A stretch of 63,602 nt of DNA from an uncultured Candidatus Saccharibacteria bacterium (GTDB lineage: Bacteria; Patescibacteriota; Doudnabacteria; UBA920): the NCBI GenBank assembly GCA_964617815.1, contig CAZTXY010000004.1, positions 1-63,602 on the forward strand, written 5' to 3'. A program made the position numbers and the translations under genes. Positions 62,387 through 63,602 of this stretch are shown piece after piece (position 1 is the first letter of the stretch; every line of letters begins with the position of its first letter). The notes under the pieces are model-generated. The model ran no database searches. It was not told the origin of the DNA and saw only the letters and a program-made list of their open reading frames with translations.

Positions 62387-62415
62387 ATGGTAAGGTTTTT
62401 TTCGACTTTTGTCAA
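62387..62415 (-). promoter_or_regulatory. Promoter TTGACA-N17-TACCAT (unit 1)
   Basis: -35 at 62410-62415 and a weaker -10 at 62387-62392, read on the minus strand. Confidence 0.45.
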
Positions 62416-62457
62416 GACTTTGCAGTGCTTAGCCAAGAAGTGGGGTATAATAAACTT

Positions 62458-62560
62458 ATGCTTAAAAAAATTGTGCTAGACCTTGAAACACATCCATCCT
62501 ACGCTAAAGCTTCGGAGGATTTATTTGAAAAGTTGATTATCAGTTGCAATGGAGGCGCTC
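62458..62560 (+). pseudogene. Duplicated 5' end (11 codons) of the downstream exonuclease gene followed by a degenerate repeat arm
   Basis: 62458-62490 and 62561-62593 both encode MLKKIVLDLET using different synonymous codons. 62489-62523 resembles a CTGTCAT arm. Confidence 0.5.
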
Positions 62561-63139
62561 ATGCTTAAAAAGATAGTTTTAGATTTAGAAACTCAAAATT
62601 TATTTCAAGATGTTGGGGGGCGGGGAAAAAATCATCTATTAAAAATTTCCGTTTGTGGAATTTATGAATATAGTAAAAATGAATATTCGATTTACGAAGA
62701 ATTAGAATTGCCGAAGTTGGCGTCAATTTTGCAGTCAGCTGATCAGATTATTGGTTTTAATATTAAAAGTTTTGACTTTGAAGTCCTACAGCCGTACTTA
62801 GACTTTGATATTTTTGAGCTTCCTTACTACGATATATTGGAAGAGATCAACAGAAGCCTTGGACGGCGCATTAGTTTGGAAACCGTGGCACAAGGAACGC
62901 TTGGAAGTGGGAAGTCTGGAAGTGGCAAAGAAGCGGTGTTATATTATCGCAGTGGGCGAATGGATTTACTAAAAAAGTATTGTTTGGACGACGTTAAAGT
63001 GACCAAACAAGTTTACGAGTATGCCTTGAAGAATCAAAAATTATTGTATCGTGATTTTTTTAATTTAGCTGAAATCCCAATTGTTTGCCAAGAGCCTGAT
63101 CCTCGAGTGGGTGTGCAACATCAGTCGGTGTTGTTTTAG
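62561..63139 (+). CDS. RNase H-like / DEDD-type 3'-5' exonuclease domain protein
   Basis: VLDLETQN (Exo I-like motif), C-terminal YCLDDV. GGAGG lies 5 nt before the ATG. Confidence 0.55.
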   Translation: MLKKIVLDLETQNLFQDVGGRGKNHLLKISVCGIYEYSKNEYSIYEELELPKLASILQSADQIIGFNIKSFDFEVLQPYLDFDIFELPYYDILEEINRSLGRRISLETVAQGTLGSGKSGSGKEAVLYYRSGRMDLLKKYCLDDVKVTKQVYEYALKNQKLLYRDFFNLAEIPIVCQEPDPRVGVQHQSVLF

Positions 63140-63161
63140 CATTAAGTAGTATGTTCACGTG

Positions 63162-63247
63162 CTGTCATTCCGATCCGCCAGCCGGCGGACGGGGAATCTC
63201 TTGCTCTTTTGGGATCCTTCTCCGCCGGAGGCGGATCAGGATGACAG
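63162..63247. repeat. CTGTCAT-family element, complete ('ccgcc-NGGC-ggcgg' subtype)
   Basis: ctgtcattccgatccgccagccggcggacggggaatctc ... gggatccttctccgccggaggcggatcaggatgacag. Confidence 0.9.
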
Positions 63248-63270
63248 TGCTGGGGAAGAGTCCTTAACTC

Positions 63271-63602
63271 ATGATTTTTTATTTAAAAAAAATATTACTA
63301 TTGAGCTTAGGTTTTGTTAGCCTAATTATTTTTGTATATGTATTGCATCTGGTGTTCACCGGCAAAATTATTCTTCCTCAAGAATTTGTTTTTGCTAATT
63401 TTAGAGTTCGCTATTATGGGTTGGCTTTGGCTTTGGCTACTGCTAGCGCCTATGCTATTGGTTTATACAGAGCAAAGGATTACGGCTTAGTTCATAAAAC
63501 AGCGGAGAGTATAATGCTTTTGGCTATTATTGGTGGTTTTATCGGGGCGAGGCTTTATCATGTTGTAGTAGAGTTTTCTTTGTATCAGAATAATTTATGG
63601 GA
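63271..63602 (+). CDS. lgt: Prolipoprotein diacylglyceryl transferase, 3'-partial at window edge
   Basis: Translated by hand. ...FRVRYYGLALALA...IIGGFIGARLYHV fits the Lgt N-terminal region. The frame is open to the window end. Confidence 0.6.
   Translation, partial: MIFYLKKILLLSLGFVSLIIFVYVLHLVFTGKIILPQEFVFANFRVRYYGLALALATASAYAIGLYRAKDYGLVHKTAESIMLLAIIGGFIGARLYHVVVEFSLYQNNLW

Noticed and set aside
59611-62415. Island F as tmRNA, RNase P RNA, SRP RNA or a group II intron
   Set aside because: There are isolated look-alikes: ggattcgacg near 60870, ctccacca near 61510, ccggctta near 59966, cgtacgg near 62208. However, they lie on inconsistent strands. They also lack the required partners: a tRNA-like T-arm, the GAGGAAAGTCC P4 strand, a domain V hairpin and a GUGYG 5' end.

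Overview
The window is low-GC and gene-dense. Hand counts on housekeeping lines give about one third GC, for example 20/60 at 38581-38640. The content suggests a streamlined Patescibacteria/CPR-type bacterium, but this is an inference I could not verify. That content includes mraZ-rsmH-ftsL-ftsI, class A and class B PBPs, an H+-pyrophosphatase, rplJ-rplL, aspS, scpAB, lexA, rsgA, mnmA, a MacAB-like efflux operon, a giant sortase-type surface protein and many small membrane ORFans. I call about 79 CDS and 3 tRNAs (Gln-UUG, Gln-CUG, Glu-CUC). I also call many near-consensus TTGACA-N17-TAnnnT promoters and many intrinsic terminators. Four layers of structure sit on top of this. (1) A pervasive hairpin repeat family (CTGTCATYCYGA...GGATC arms) occurs at 19 loci in intergenic regions and gene 5' ends, and it falsely extends several ORFs in the six-frame track. 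(2) Arrays of degenerate 7-nt-period repeats (TAGNNNN/CTAG or GTACT heptads) abut start and stop codons. They include two inverted 89-nt palindromic copies that bracket lexA. (3) At least eight GC-rich islets (about 50-67% GC) are each bounded by strong hairpins, and those I checked are driven by host-like AT-rich promoters. They mostly encode ORFans: Cys-rich zinc-ribbon-like proteins, a triplicated small-protein family with a SemiSWEET-like transporter, and a weakly GH57-like protein. (4) The top candidate for something new is a 2.8-kb GC-rich island at 59611-62415 with almost no protein-like ORFs. It is organised as three tandem minus-strand units, each with a perfect TTGACA -35 box and its own terminator. 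The largest unit (about 1.7 kb) is dense in perfect GC-rich helices and carries four mini-ORFs with GGAGG ribosome-binding sites. I read it as candidate large structured RNA(s) and/or a micropeptide operon. No CRISPR array, rRNA, transposase, integrase or reverse transcriptase was recognised.
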